64,000 nucleotides of DNA from Eledone cirrhosa (Eukaryota): the NCBI GenBank assembly GCA_964016885.1, contig OZ024752.1, positions 34,596,001 to 34,660,000 on the forward strand. Reading direction: 5' to 3'. A model generated the notes under the pieces. It ran no database searches. It had not been told where the DNA came from and saw only the letters and a list, made by a program, of their open reading frames with translations. Below are positions 15,001 to 29,993 of the stretch, in pieces. The stretch's first letter is position 1. Each line of letters begins with the position of its first letter. Made by a program: the position numbers and the translations under genes.

Positions 15001-18000
15001 GCAATGGTAAGACAGAGAGAACATGCACAGGGTTACTGAGAAAGGGCAATGGTAAGACAGAGAGAACATGCACAGGGTTACTGAGAAGGGGCAATGGTAA
15101 GACAGAGAGAACATGCACAGGGTTACTGAGAAAGGGCAATGGTAAGACAGAGAGAACATGCACAGGGTTACTGAGAAAGGGCAATGGTAAGACAGAGAGA
15201 ACATGAACAGGGTTACTGAGAAAGGGCAATGGTAAGACAGAGAGAACATGCACAGGGTTACTGAGAAAGGGCAATGGTAAGACAGAGAGAACATGCACAG
15301 GGTTACTGAGAAAGGGCAATGGTAAGACAGAGAGAACATGAACAGGGTTACTGAGAAAGGGCAATGGTAAGACAGAGAGAACATGCACAGGGTTACTGAG
15401 AAAGGGCAATGGTAAGACAGAGAGAACATGCACAGGGTTACTGAGAAAGGGCAATGGTAAGACAGAGAGAACATGAACAGGGTTACTGAGAAAGGGCAAT
15501 GGTAAGACAGAGAGAACATGCACAGGATTACTGAGAAAGGGCAATGGTAAGACAGAGAGAACATGCACAGGGTTACTGAGAAAGGGCAATGGTAAGACAG
15601 AGAGAACATGCACAGGGTTACTGAGAAGGGGCAATGGTAAGACAGAGAGAACATGCACAGGGTTACTGAGAAAGGGCAATGGTAAGACAGAGAGAACATG
15701 CACAGGGTTACTGAGAAGGGGCAATGGTAAGACAGAGAGAACATGCACAGGGTTACTGAGAAAGGGCAATGGTAAGACAGAGAGAACATGCACAGGGTTA
15801 CTGTGAAAGGGCAATGGTAAGACAGAGAGAACATGAACAGGGTTACTGAGAAAGGGCAATGGTAAGACAGAGAGAACATGCACAGGGTTACTGAGAATGG
15901 GCAATGGTAAGACAGAGAGAACATGCACAGGGTTACTGAGAAAGGACAATGGTAAGACAGAGAGAACATGCACAGGGTTACTGAGAAGGGGCAATGGTAA
16001 GACAGAGAGAACATGCACAGGGTTACTGAGAAAGGGCAATGGTAAGACAGAGAGAACATGCACAGGGTTACTGAGAAGGGGCAATGGTAAGACAGAGAGA
16101 ACATGCACAGGGTTACTGAGAAGGGGCAATGGTAAGACAGAGAGAACATGCACAGAGTTACTGAGAAGGGGCCATGGTAAGACAGAGAGAACATGCACAG
16201 GGTTACTGAGAAGGGGCAATGGTAAGACAGAGAGAACATGCACAGGGTTACTGAGAATGGGCAATGGTAAGACAGAGAGAACATGCACAGGGTTACTGAG
16301 AAGGGGCAATGGTAAGACAGAGAGAACATGCACAGGGTTACTGAGAAAAGGCAATGGTAAGACAGAGAGAACATGCACAGTGTTACTGAGAAGGGGCAAT
16401 GGTAAGACAGAGAGAACATGCACAGGGTTACTGAGAAGGGCAATGGTAAGACAGAGAGAACATGCACAGTGTTACTGAGAAGGGGAAATGGTAAGACAGA
16501 GAGAACATGCACAGTGTTACTGTGAAGGGCAATGGTAAGACAGAGAGAACATGCACAGTGTTACTGAGAAGGGGCAATGGTAAGACAGAGAGAACATGCA
16601 CAGGGTTACTGAGAAGGGCAATGGTAAGACAGAGAGAACATGCACAGTGTTACTGAGAAGAGGCAATGGTAAGACAGAGAGAACATGCACAGGGTTACTG
16701 AGAAGAGGCAATGGTAAGACAGAGAGAACATGCACAGGGTTACTGAGAAGGGCAATGGTAAGACAGAGAGAACATGCACAGGGTTACTGAGAAGAGGCAA
16801 TGGTAAGACAGAGAGAACATGCACAGGGTTACTGAGAAGAGGCAATGGTAAGACAGAGAGAACATGCACAGGGTTACTGAGAAGGGGCAATGGTAAGACA
16901 GAGAGAACATGCACAGTGTTACTGAGAAGAGGCAATGGTAAGACAGAGAGAACATGCACAGGGTTACTGAGAAGGGCAATGGTAAGACAGAGAGAACATG
17001 CACAGGGTTACTGAGAAGAGGCAATGGTAAGACAGAGAGAACATGCACAGGGTTACTGAGAAGAGGCAATGGTAAGACAGAGAGAACATGCACAGGGTTA
17101 CTGAGAAGGGGCAATGGTAAGACAGAGAGAACATGCACAGGGTTACTGAGAAAGGGCAATGGTAAGACAGAGAGAACATGCACAGGGTTACTGAGAAGGG
17201 GCAATGGTAAGACAGAGAGAACATGCACAGGGTTACTGAGAAAGGGCAATGGTAAGACAGAGAGAACATGCACAGGGTTACTGTGAAAGGGCAATGGTAA
17301 GACAGAGAGAACATGAACAGGGTTACTGAGAAAGGGCAATGGTAAGACAGAGAGAACATGCACAGGGTTACTGAGAATGGGCAATGGTAAGACAGAGAGA
17401 ACATGCACAGGGTTACTGAGAAAGGACAATGGTAAGACAGAGAGAACATGCACAGGGTTACTGAGAAGGGGCAATGGTAAGACAGAGAGAACATGCACAG
17501 GGTTACTGAGAAAGGGCAATGGTAAGACAGAGAGAACATGCACAGGGTTACTGAGAAGGGGCAATGGTAAGACAGAGAGAACATGCACAGGGTTACTGAG
17601 AAGGGGCAATGGTAAGACAGAGAGAACATGCACAGGGTTACTGAGAAGGGGCCATGGTAAGACAGAGAGAACATGCACAGGGTTACTGAGAAGGGGCAAT
17701 GGTAAGACAGAGAGAACATGCACAGGGTTACTGAGAATGGGCAATGGTAAGACAGAGAGAACATGCACAGGGTTACTGAGAAGGGGCAATGGTAAGACAG
17801 AGAGAACATGCACAGGGTTACTGAGAAAAGGCAATGGTAAGACAGAGAGAACATGCACAGTGTTACTGAGAAGGGGCAATGGTAAGACAGAGAGAACATG
17901 CACAGGGTTACTGAGAAGGGCAATGGTAAGACAGAGAGAACATGCACAGTGTTACTGAGAAGGGGAAATGGTAAGACAGAGAGAACATGCACAGTGTTAC

Positions 18001-21000
18001 TGTGAAGGGCAATGGTAAGACAGAGAGAACATGCACAGTGTTACTGAGAAGGGGCAATGGTAAGACAGAGAGAACATGCACAGGGTTACTGAGAAGGGCA
18101 ATGGTAAGACAGAGAGAACATGCACAGTGTTACTGAGAAGAGGCAATGGTAAGACAGAGAGAACATGCACAGGGTTACTGAGAAGAGGCAATGGTAAGAC
18201 AGAGAGAACATGCACAGGGTTACTGAGAAGGGCAATGGTAAGACAGAGAGAACATGCACAGGGTTACTGAGAAGAGGCAATGGTAAGACAGAGAGAACAT
18301 GCACAGGGTTACTGAGAAGAGGCAATGGTAAGACAGAGAGAACATGCACAGGGTTACTGAGAAGGGGCAATGGTAAGACAGAGAGAACATGCACAGTGTT
18401 ACTGAGAAGAGGCAATGGTAAGACAGAGAGAACATGCACAGGGTTACTGAGAAGGGCAATGGTAAGACAGAGAGAACATGCACAGGGTTACTGAGAAGAG
18501 GCAATGGTAAGACAGAGAGAACATGCACAGGGTTACTGAGAAGAGGCAATGGTAAGACAGAGAGAACATGCACAGTGTTACTGAGAAGAGGCAATGGTAA
18601 GACAGAGAGAACATGCACAGGGTTACTGAGAAGGGCAATGGTAAGACAGAGAGAACATGCACAGGGTTACTGAGAAGAGGCAATGGTAAGACAGAGAGAA
18701 CATGCACAGTGTTACTGAGAAGAGGCAATGGTAAGACAGAGAGAACATGCACAGGGTTACTGAGAAGGGCAATGGTAAGACAGAGAGAACATGCACAGGG
18801 TTACTGAGAAGAGGCAATGGTAAGACAGAGAGAACATGCACAGGGTTAATGAGAAGAGGCAATGGTAAGACAGAGAGAACATGCACAGGGTTACTGAGAA
18901 GGGGCAATGGTAAGACAGAGAGAACATGCACAGGGTTACTGAGAAGGGGCAATGGTAAGACAGAGAGAACATGCACAGGGTAACTGAGAAGGGGCAATGG
19001 TAAGACAGAGAGAACATGCACAGGGTTACTGAGAAGGGGCAATGGTAAGACAGAGAGAACATGCACAGGGTTACTGAGAAGAGGCAATGGTAAGACAGAG
19101 AGAACATGCACAGGGTTACTGAGAAGGGGCAATGGTAAGACAGAGAGGACATGCACAGTGGTACTGAGAAGGGGCAATGGTAAGACAGAGAGAACATGCA
19201 CAGGGTTACTGAGAAGGGGCAATGGTAAGACAGAGAGAACATGCACAGGGTTACTGAGAAGGGGCAATGGTAAGACAGAGAGAACATGCACAGTGTTACT
19301 GAGAAGGGGAAATGGTAAGACAGAGAGAACATGCACAGGGTTACTGAGAAGGGGCAATGGTAAGACAGAGAGAACATGCACAGGGTTACTGAGAAGGGGC
19401 AATGGTAAGACAGAGAGAACATGCACAGGGTTACTGAGAAGGGGCAATGGTAAGACAGAGAGAACATGCACAGGGTAACTGAGAAGGGGCAATGGTAAGA
19501 CAGAGAGAACATGCACAGGGTTACTGAGAAGGGGCAATGGTAAGACAGAGAGAACATGCACAGGGTTACTGAGAAAGGGGTAATTGTAAGACAGAGAGAA
19601 CATGCACAATGTTACTGAGAAGGGGCAATGGTAAGACAGAGAGAACATGCACAGGGTTACTGAGAAGGGGCAATGGTAAGACAGAGAGAACATGCACAGG
19701 GTTACTGAGAAAGGGGCAATGGTAAGACAGAGAGAACATGCACAGGGTTACTGAGAAGGGGGAATGGTAAGACAGAGAGAACATGCACAGTGTTACTGAG
19801 AAGGGGCAATGGTAAGACAGAGAGAACATGCACAGTGTTACTGAGAAGGGGCAATGGTAAGACAGAGAGAACATGCACAGGGTTACTGAGAAGGGGCAAT
19901 GGTAATACAGAGAGAACATGCACAGGGTTACTGAGAAGGGGCAATGGTAAGACAGAGAGAACATGCACAGGGTTACTGAGAAAGGGCAATGGTAAGACAG
20001 AGAGAACATGCACAGGGTTACTGAGAAGGGGAAATGGTTAGACAGAGAGAACATGCACAGGGTTACTGAGAAGGGGAAATGGTTAGACAGAGAGAACATG
20101 CACAGGTTAACTGAGAAGGGACAATGGTAAGACAGAGAGAACATGCACAGGGTTACTGAGAAGGGGCAATGGTAAGACAGAGAGAACATGCACAGGGTAA
20201 CTGAGAAGGGGCAATGGTAAGACAGAGAGAACATGCACAGGGTTACTGAGAAGGGGCAAAGGTAAGACAGAGAGAACATGTACAGGGTTACTGAGAAGGG
20301 GCAATGGTAAGACAGAGAGAACATGCACAGGGTTACTGAGAAGGGGCAATGGTAAGACAGAGAGAACATGCACAGGGTTACTGAGAAGGGGCAATGGTAA
20401 GACAGAGAGAACATGTACAGGGTTACTGAGAAGGCGCAATGGTAAGACAGAGAGAACATGCACAGGGTTACTGAGAAGGGGCAATGGTAAGACAGAGAGA
20501 ACATGTACAGGGTTACTGAGAAGGGGCAATGGTAAGACAGAGAGAACATGCACAGGGTTACTGAGAAGGGGCAATGGTAAGACAGAGAGAACATGTACAG
20601 GGTTACTGAGAAGGGGCAATGGTAAGACAGAGAGAACATGTACAGGGTTACTGAGAAGGGGCAATGGTAAGACAGAGAGAACATGCACAGGGTTACTGAG
20701 AAGGGGCAATGGTAAGACAGAGAAAACATGTACAGGGTTACTGAGAAGAGGCAATGGTAAGACAGAGAGAACATGCACAGGGTTACTGAGAAGGGGCAAT
20801 GGTAAGACAGAGAGAACATGCACAGGGTTACTGAGAAGGGGCAATGGTAAGACAGAGAGAACATGCACAGGGTTACTGAGAAAGGGCAATGGTAAGAAAG
20901 AGAGAACATGCACAGGGTTACTGAGAAGGGGCAATGGTAAGAAAGAGAGAACATGCACAGTGTTACTGAGAAGGGGCAATGGTAAGACAGAGAGAACATG

Positions 21001-24000
21001 CACAGTGTTACTGAGAAGGGGCAATGGTAAGACAGAGAGAACATGCACAGGGTTACTGAGAAGGGGCAATGGTAAGACAGAGAGAACATGCATAGTGTTA
21101 CTGAGAAGGGGCAATGATAAGACAGAGAGAACATGCACAGGGTTACTGAGAAGGGGCAATGGTAAGACAGAGAGAACATGCATAGTGTTACTGAGAAGGG
21201 GCAATGATAAGACAGAGACAACATGCACAGTGTTACTGAGAAGGGGCAATGGTAAGACAGAGAGAACATGCACAGGGTTACTGAGAAGGGGGAATGGTAG
21301 ACAGAGAGAACATGCACAGGGTTACTGAGAAGGGGCAATGATAAGACAGAGAGAACATGCACAGGGTTACTGAGAAGGGGCAATGATAAGACAGAGAGAA
21401 CATGCACAGGGTTACTGAGAAGGGGGAATGGTAAGAAAGAGAGAACATGCACAGTGTTACTGAGAAGGGGCAATGGTAAGACAGAGAGAACATGCACAGT
21501 GTTACTGAGAAGGGGCAATGGTAAGACAGAGAGAACATGCACAGTGTTACTGAGAAGGGGCAATGGTAAGACAGAGAGAACATGCACAGGGTTACTGAGA
21601 AGGGGCAATGGTAAGACAGAGAGAACATGCACAGGGTTACTGAGAAAGGGCAATGGTAAGACAGAGAGAACATGCACAGGGTTACTGAGAAGGGGAAATG
21701 GTTAGACAGAGAGAACATGCACAGGGTTACTGAGAAGGGGAAATGGTTAGACAGAGAGAACATGCACAGGGTAACTGAGAAGGGGCAATGGTAAGACAGA
21801 GAGAACATGCACAGGGTTACTGAGAAGGGGCAATGGTAAGACAGAGAGAACATGTACAGGGTTACTGAGAAGGGGCAATGGTAAGACAGAGAGAACATGC
21901 ACAGGGTAACTGAGAAGGGGCAATGGTAAGACAGAGAGAACATGCACAGGGTTACTGAGAAGGGGCAATGGTAAGACAGAGAGAACATGTACAGGGTTGC
22001 TGAGAAAGGGCAATGGTAAGACAGAGAGAACATGCACAGGGTTACTGAGAAGGGGCAATGGTAAGACAGAGAGAACATGTACAGGGTTACTGAGAAGGGG
22101 CAATGGTAAGACAGAGAGAACATGCACAGGGTTACTGAGAAGGGGCAATGGTAAGACAGAGAGAACATGTACATGGTTACTGAGAAGGGGCAATGGTAAG
22201 ACAGAGAGAACATGTACAGGGTTACTGAGAAGGGGCATTGGTAAGACAGAGAGAACATGCACAGGGTAACTGAGAAGGGGCAATGGTAAGACAGAGAGAA
22301 CATGTACAGGGTTACTGAGAAAGGGCAATGGTAAGACAGAGAGAACATGCACAGGGTTACTGAGAAGGGGCAATGGTAAGACAGAGAGAACATGTACAGG
22401 GTTACTGAGAAGGGGCAATGGTAAGACAGAGAGAACATGCACAGGGTTACTGAGAAGGGGCAATGGTAAGACAGAGAGAACATGTACATGGTTACTGAGA
22501 AGGGGCAATGGTAAGACAGAGAGAACATGTACAGGGTTACTGAGAAGGGGCAATGGTAAGACAGAGAGAACATGCACAGGGTTACTGAGAAGGGGCAATG
22601 GTAAGACAGAGAAAACATGTACAGGGTTACTGAGAAGAGGCAATGGTAAGACAGAGAGAACATGCACAGGGTTACTGAGAAGGGGCAATGGTAAGACAGA
22701 GAGAACATGCACAGGGTTACTGAGAAGGGGCAATGGTAAGACAGAGAGAACATGCACAGGGTTACTGAGAAAGGGCAATGGTAAGACAGACAGAACATGT
22801 ACAGGGTTACTGAGAAGGGGCAATGGTAAGAAAGAGAGAACATGCACAGTGTTACTGAGAAGGGGCAATGGTAAGAAAGAGAGAACATGCACAGGGTTAC
22901 TGAGAAGGGGCAATGGTAAGAAAGAGAGAACATGCACAGTGTTACTGAGAAGGGGCAATGGTAAGACAGAGAGAACATGCACAGTGTTACTGAGAAGGGG
23001 CAATGGTAAGACAGAGAGAACATGCACAGGGTTACTGAGAAGGGGCAATGGTAAGACAGAGAGAACATGCATAGTGTTACTGAGAAGGGGCAATGATAAG
23101 ACAGAGAGAACATGCACAGGGTTACTGAGAAGGGGCAATGGTAAGACAGAGAGAACATGCATAGTGTTACTGAGAAGGGGCAATGATAAGACAGAGAGAA
23201 CATGCACAGTGTTACTGAGAAGGGGCAATGGTAAGACAGAGAGAACATGCACAGGGTTACTGAGAAGGGGGAATGGTAGACAGAGAGAACATGCACAGGG
23301 TTACTGAGAAGGGGCAATGATAAGACAGAGAGAACATGCACAGGGTTACTGAGAAGGGGCAATGATAAGACAGAGAGAACATGCACAGGGTTACTGAGAA
23401 GGGGGAATGGTAAGAAAGAGAGAACATGCACAGTGTTACTGAGAAGGGGCAATGGTAAGACAGAGAGAACATGCACAGTGTTACTGAGAAGGGGCAATGG
23501 TAAGACAGAGAGAACATGCACAGTGTTACTGAGAAGGGGCAATGGTAAGACAGAGAGAACATGCACAGGGTTACTGAGAAGGGGCAATGGTAAGACAGAG
23601 AGAACATGCACAGGGTTACTGAGAAAGGGCAATGGTAAGACAGAGAGAACATGCACAGGGTTACTGAGAAGGGGAAATGGTTAGACAGAGAGAACATGCA
23701 CAGGGTTACTGAGAAGGGGAAATGGTTAGACAGAGAGAACATGCACAGGGTTACTGAGAAGGGGCAATGGTAAGACAGAGAGAACATGTACAGGGTTACT
23801 GAGAAGGGGCAATGGTAAGACAGAGAGAACATGCACAGGGTAACTGAGAAGGGGCAATGGTAAGACAGAGAGAACATGCACAGGGTTACTGAGAAGGGGC
23901 AATGGTAAGACAGAGAGAACATGTACAGGGTTGCTGAGAAAGGGCAATGGTAAGACAGAGAGAACATGCACAGGGTTACTGAGAAGGGGCAATGGTAAGA

Positions 24001-27000
24001 CAGAGAGAACATGTACAGGGTTACTGAGAAGGGGCAATGGTAAGACAGAGAGAACATGCACAGGGTTACTGAGAAGGGGCAATGGTAAGACAGAGAGAAC
24101 ATGTACATGGTTACTGAGAAGGGGCAATGGTAAGACAGAGAGAACATGTACAGGGTTACTGAGAAGGGGCATTGGTAAGACAGAGAGAACATGCACAGGG
24201 TAACTGAGAAGGGGCAATGGTAAGACAGAGAGAACATGTACAGGGTTACTGAGAAAGGGCAATGGTAAGACAGAGAGAACATGCACAGGGTTACTGAGAA
24301 GGGGCAATGGTAAGACAGAGAGAACATGTACAGGGTTACTGAGAAGGGGCAATGGTAAGACAGAGAGAACATGCACAGGGTTACTGAGAAGGGGCAATGG
24401 TAAGACAGAGAGAACATGTACATGGTTACTGAGAAGGGGCAATGGTAAGACAGAGAGAACATGTACAGGGTTACTGAGAAGGGGCAATGGTAAGACAGAG
24501 AGAACATGCACAGGGTAACTGAGAAGGGGCAATGGTAAGACAGAGAGAACATGCACAGGGTTACTGAGAAGGGGCAATGGTAAGACAGAGAGAACATGCA
24601 CAGGGTAACTGAGAAGGGACAATGGTAAGAAAGAGAGAAGATGCACAGGGTTACTGAGAAGGGGCAATGGTAAGACAGAGAGAACATGTACAGGGTTACT
24701 GAGAAGGGGCAATGGTAAGACAGAGAGAACATGTACAGGTTTACTGAGAAGGGGCAATGGTAAGACAGAGAGAACATGCACAGGGTTACTGAGAAGGGGC
24801 AATGGTAAGACAGAGAGAACATGAACAGGGTTACTGAGAAAGGGCAATGGTAAGCCAGAGAGAACATGCACAGGGTTACTGAGAAAGGGCAATGGTAAGA
24901 CAGAGAGAACATGCACAGGGTTACTGAGAAGGGGCAATGGTAAGACAGAGAGAACATGCACAGGGTTACTGAGAAAGGGCAATGGTAAGACAGAGAGAAC
25001 ATGCACAGGGTTACTGAGAAGGGGCAATGGTAAGACAGAGAGAACATGCACAGGGTTACTGAGAAAGGGCAATGGTAAGACAGAGAGAACATGCACAGGG
25101 TTACTGTGAAAGGGCAATGGTAAGACAGAGAGAACATGAACAGGGTTACTGAGAAGGGGCAATGGTAAGACAGAGAGAACATGCACAGGGTTACTGAGAA
25201 AGGGCAATGGTAAGACAGAGAGAACATGCACAGGGTTACTGTGAAAGGGCAATGGTAAGACAGAGAGAACATGCACAGGGTTACTGAGAAAGGGCAATGG
25301 TAAGACAGAGAGAACATGCACAGTGGTACTGAGAAGGGCCAATGGTGAGACAGAGAGAACATCCACAGGGTTACTGAGAAGGGCCAATGGTGAGACAGAG
25401 AGAACATGCACAGGGTTACTGAGAAGGGGCAATGGTAAGACAGAGAGAACATGCACAGTGTTACTGAGAAGGGGCAATGGTAAGACAGAGAGAACATGCA
25501 CAGTGTTACTGAGAAGGGGCAATGGTAAGACAGAGAGAACATGCACAGTGTTACTTAGAAGGGGCAATGGTAAGACAGAGAGAACATGCACAGGGTTACT
25601 GAGAAGGGGCAATGGTAAGACAGAGAGAACATGCACAGGGTTACTGAGAAAGGGCAATGGTAAGACAGAGAGAACATGCACAGGGTTACTGAGAAGGGGA
25701 AATGGTTAGACAGAGAGAACATGCACAGGGTTACTGAGAAGGGGAAATGGTTAGACAGAGAGAACATGCACAGGGTAACTGAGAAGGGGCAATGGTAAGA
25801 CAGAGAGAACATGCACAGGGTTACTGAGAAGGGGCAATGGTAAGACAGAGAGAACATGTACAGGGTTACTGAGAAGGGGCAATGGTAAGACAGAGAGAAC
25901 ATGCACAGGGTAACTGAGAAGGGGCAATGGTAAGACAGAGAGAACATGCACAGGGTTACTGAGAAGGGGCAATGGTAAGACAGAGAGAACATGTACAGGG
26001 TTGCTGAGAAAGGGCAATGGTAAGACAGAGAGAACATGCACAGGGTTACTGAGAAGGGGCAATGGTAAGACAGAGAGAACATGTACAGGGTTACTGAGAA
26101 GGGGCAATGGTAAGACAGAGAGAACATGCACAGGGTTACTGAGAAGGGGCAATGGTAAGACAGAGAGAACATGTACATGGTTACTGAGAAGGGGCAATGG
26201 TAAGACAGAGAGAACATGTACAGGGTTACTGAGAAGGGGCATTGGTAAGACAGAGAGAACATGCACAGGGTAACTGAGAAGGGGCAATGGTAAGACAGAG
26301 AGAACATGTACAGGGTTACTGAGAAAGGGCAATGGTAAGACAGAGAGAACATGCACAGGGTTACTGAGAAGGGGCAATGGTAAGACAGAGAGAACATGTA
26401 CAGGGTTACTGAGAAGGGGCAATGGTAAGACAGAGAGAACATGCACAGGGTTACTGAGAAGGGGCAATGGTAAGACAGAGAGAACATGTACATGGTTACT
26501 GAGAAGGGGCAATGGTAAGACAGAGAGAACATGTACAGGGTTACTGAGAAGGGGCAATGGTAAGACAGAGAGAACATGCACAGGGTAACTGAGAAGGGGC
26601 AATGGTAAGACAGAGAGAACATGCACAGGGTTACTGAGAAGGGGCAATGGTAAGACAGAGAGAACATGCACAGGGTAACTGAGAAGGGACAATGGTAAGA
26701 AAGAGAGAAGATGCACAGGGTTACTGAGAAGGGGCAATGGTAAGACAGAGAGAACATGTACAGGGTTACTGAGAAGGGGCAATGGTAAGACAGAGAGAAC
26801 ATGTACAGGGTTACTGAGAAAGGGCAATGGTAAGACAGAGAGAACATGCACAGTGTTACTGAGAAGGGGCAATGGTGAGACAGAGAGAACATGCACAGGG
26901 TTACTGAGAAAGGGCAATGGTAAGACAGAGAGAATATGCACAGGGTTACTGAGAAAGGGCAATGGTAAGACAGAGAGAACATGCACAGGGTTACTGAGAA

Positions 27001-29990
27001 AGGGCAATGGTAAGACAGAGAGAACATGCACAGGGTTACTGAGAAGGGGCAATGGTAAGACAGAGAGAACATGTACAGGGTTACTGAGAAAGGGCAATGG
27101 TAAGACAGAGAGAACATGCACAGTGTTACTGAGAAGGGGCAATGGTAAGACAGAGAGAATATGCACAGGGTTACTGAGAAAGGGCAATGGTAAGACAGAG
27201 AGAACATGCACAGGGTTACTGAGAAGGGGCAATGGTAAGACAGAGAGAACATGCACAGGGTTACTGAGAAAGGGCAATGGTAAGACAGAGAGAACATGCA
27301 CAGGGTTACTGAGAAAGGGCAATGGTAAGACAGAGAGAACATGCACAAGGTTACTGAGAAGGGGCAATGGTAAGACAGAGAGAACATGCACAGGGTTACT
27401 GAGAAGGGGCAATGGTAAGACAGAGAGAACATGCACAGGTTTACTGAGAAGGGGCAATGGTAAGACAGAGAGAACATGCACAGGGTTACTGAGAAGGGGC
27501 AATGGTAAGACAGAGAGAACATGAACAGGGTTACTGAGAAAGGGCAATGGTAAGCCAGAGAGAACATGCACAGGGTTACTGAGAAAGGGCAATGGTAAGA
27601 CAGAGAGAACATGCACAGGGTTACTGAGAAGGGGCAATGGTAAGACAGAGAGAACATGCACAGGGTTACTGAGAAAGGGCAATGGTAAGACAGAGAGAAC
27701 ATGCACAGGGTTACTGAGAAGGGGCAATGGTAAGACAGAGAGAACATGCACAGGGTTACTGAGAAAGGGCAATGGTAAGACAGAGAGAACATGCACAGGG
27801 TTACTGTGAAAGGGCAATGGTAAGACAGAGAGAACATGAACAGGGTTACTGAGAAGGGGCAATGGTAAGACAGAGAGAACATGCACAGGGTTACTGAGAA
27901 AGGGCAATGGTAAGACAGAGAGAACATGCACAGGGTTACTGTGAAAGGGCAATGGTAAGACAGAGAGAACATGCACAGGGTTACTGAGAAAGGGCAATGG
28001 TAAGACAGAGAGAACATGCACAGTGGTACTGAGAAGGGCCAATGGTGAGACAGAGAGAACATCCACAGGGTTACTGAGAAGGGCCAATGGTGAGACAGAG
28101 AGAACATGCACAGGGTTACTGAGAAGGGGCAATGGTAAGACATAGAGAACATCCACAGGGTTACTGAGAAGGGCCAATGGTGAGACAAAGAGAACATGCA
28201 CAGGGTTACTGAGAAGGGCCAATGGTGAGACAGAGAGAACATGCACAGTGGTACTGAGAAGGGGCAATGGTAAGACAGAGAGAACATGCACAGGGTTACT
28301 GAGAAGAGGCAATGGTAAGACAGAGAGAACATGCACAGGGTTACTGAGAAGGGCCAATGGTGAGACAGAGAGAACATGCACAGGGTTACTGAGAAGGGGC
28401 AATGGTAAGACAGAGAGAACATGCACAGTGGTACTGAGAAGGGGCAATGGTAAGACAGAGAGAACATGCACAGGGTTACTGAGAAGGGGCAATGGTAAGA
28501 CAGAGAGAACATGTACAGGGTTACTGAGAAGAGGCAATGGTAAGACAGAGAGAACATGCACAGGGTTACTGAGAAGGGGCAATGGTAAGACAGAGAGAAC
28601 ATGCACAGTGGTACTGAGAAGGGGCAATGGTAAGACAGAGAGAACATGCACAGGGTTACTGAGAAGAGGCAATGGTAAGACAGAGAGAACATGCACAGGG
28701 TTACTGAGAAGGGCCAATGGTGAGACAGAGAGAACATCCACAGGGTTACTGAGAAGGGCCAATGGTGAGACAGAGAGAACATGCACAGGGTTACTGAGAA
28801 GGGGCAATGGTAAGACAGAGAGAACATGCAGAGTGTTACTGAGAAGGGGCAATGGTAAGACAGAGAGAACATGCACAGGGTTACTGAGAAAGGGCAATGG
28901 TAAGACAGAGAGGACATGCAGAGTGTTACTGAGAAGGGGCAATGGTAAGACAGAGAGAACATGCACAGGGTTACTGAGAAGGGGCAATGGTAAGACAGAG
29001 AGGACATGCACAGGGTTACTGAGAAGGGGCAATGGTAAGACAGAGAGAACATGCACAGGGTTACTGAGAAGGGGCAATGGTAAGACAGAGAGAACATGCA
29101 GAGTGTTACTGAGAAGGGGCAATGGTAAGACAGAGAGGACATGCACAGGGTTACTGAGAAGGGGCAATGGTAAGACAGAGAGAACATGCACAGGGTTACT
29201 GAGAAGGGGCAATGGTAAGACAGAGAGAACATGCAGAGTGTTACTGAGAAGGGGCAATGGTAAGACAGAGAGGACATGCACAGGGTTACTGAGAAGGGGC
29301 AATGGTAAGACAGAGAGAACATGCACAGGGTTACTGAGAAGGGGCAATGGTAAGACAGAGAGAACATGCAGAGTGTTACTGAGAAGGGGCAATGGTAAGA
29401 CAGAGAGAACATGCAGAGTGTTACTGAGAAGGGGCAATGGTAAGACAGAGAGGTCATGCACAGGGTTACTGAGAAGGGGCAATGGTAAGACAGAGAGAAC
29501 ATGCACAGGGTTACTGAGAAGGGGCAATGGTAAGACAGAGAGAACATGCACAGGGTTACTGAGAAGGGGCAATGGTGAGACAGAGAGAACATGCACAGGG
29601 TTACTGAGAAGGGGCAATGGTAAGACAGAGAGAACATGCACAGGGTTACTGAGAAGGGGCAATGGTAAGACAGAGAGAACATGCACAGGGTTACTGAGAA
29701 GGGGCAATGGTAAGACAGAGAGAACATGCACAGGGTTACTGAGAAGGGGCAATGGTGAGACAGAGAGAACATGCACAGGGTTACTGAGAAGGGGCAATGA
29801 TAAGACAGAGAGAACATGCACAGGGTTACTGAGAAGGGGCAATGGTAAGACAGAGAGAACATGTACAGGGTTACTGAGAAGGGCCAATGACAAGATAGAG
29901 AGAACACAATCTTTAGTACGGCTATAAAGTCACTAAAATTGAAAGGGTTACTGAGAAAGGGGAAATGACAAGACAGAGAGAACATAATTC
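1..29990. repeat. 45-bp tandem satellite array, about 660 units; consensus GAGAGAACATGCACAGGGTTACTGAGAAGGGGCAATGGTAAGACA; runs off the left edge
   Basis: Uninterrupted head-to-tail 45-bp units with 0-3 substitutions each. Some 44-, 46- and 55-bp variants. The + strand consensus is 33/45 purine with no CpG. Confidence 0.99.
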
Positions 29991-29993
29991 CTT

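Noticed and set aside
1-29890. CRISPR array, or the satellite as a hammerhead multimer (CTGAGAA..GAAC)
   Set aside because: No unique spacers or cas genes. The unit lacks G8, GAAA and pairing stems.
1-29890. p53-like half-site GAACATGCAC or steroid half-site AGAACA in each unit
   Set aside because: Imperfect single half-sites 45 bp apart, with no support for function.
209-29985. Very long ORFs (up to 2916 aa) with 15-aa repeats
   Set aside because: A 45-bp unit is 15 codons and lacks stops in three frames. ORFs overlap on both strands, are broken by random indels and stops, and have no unique domains.
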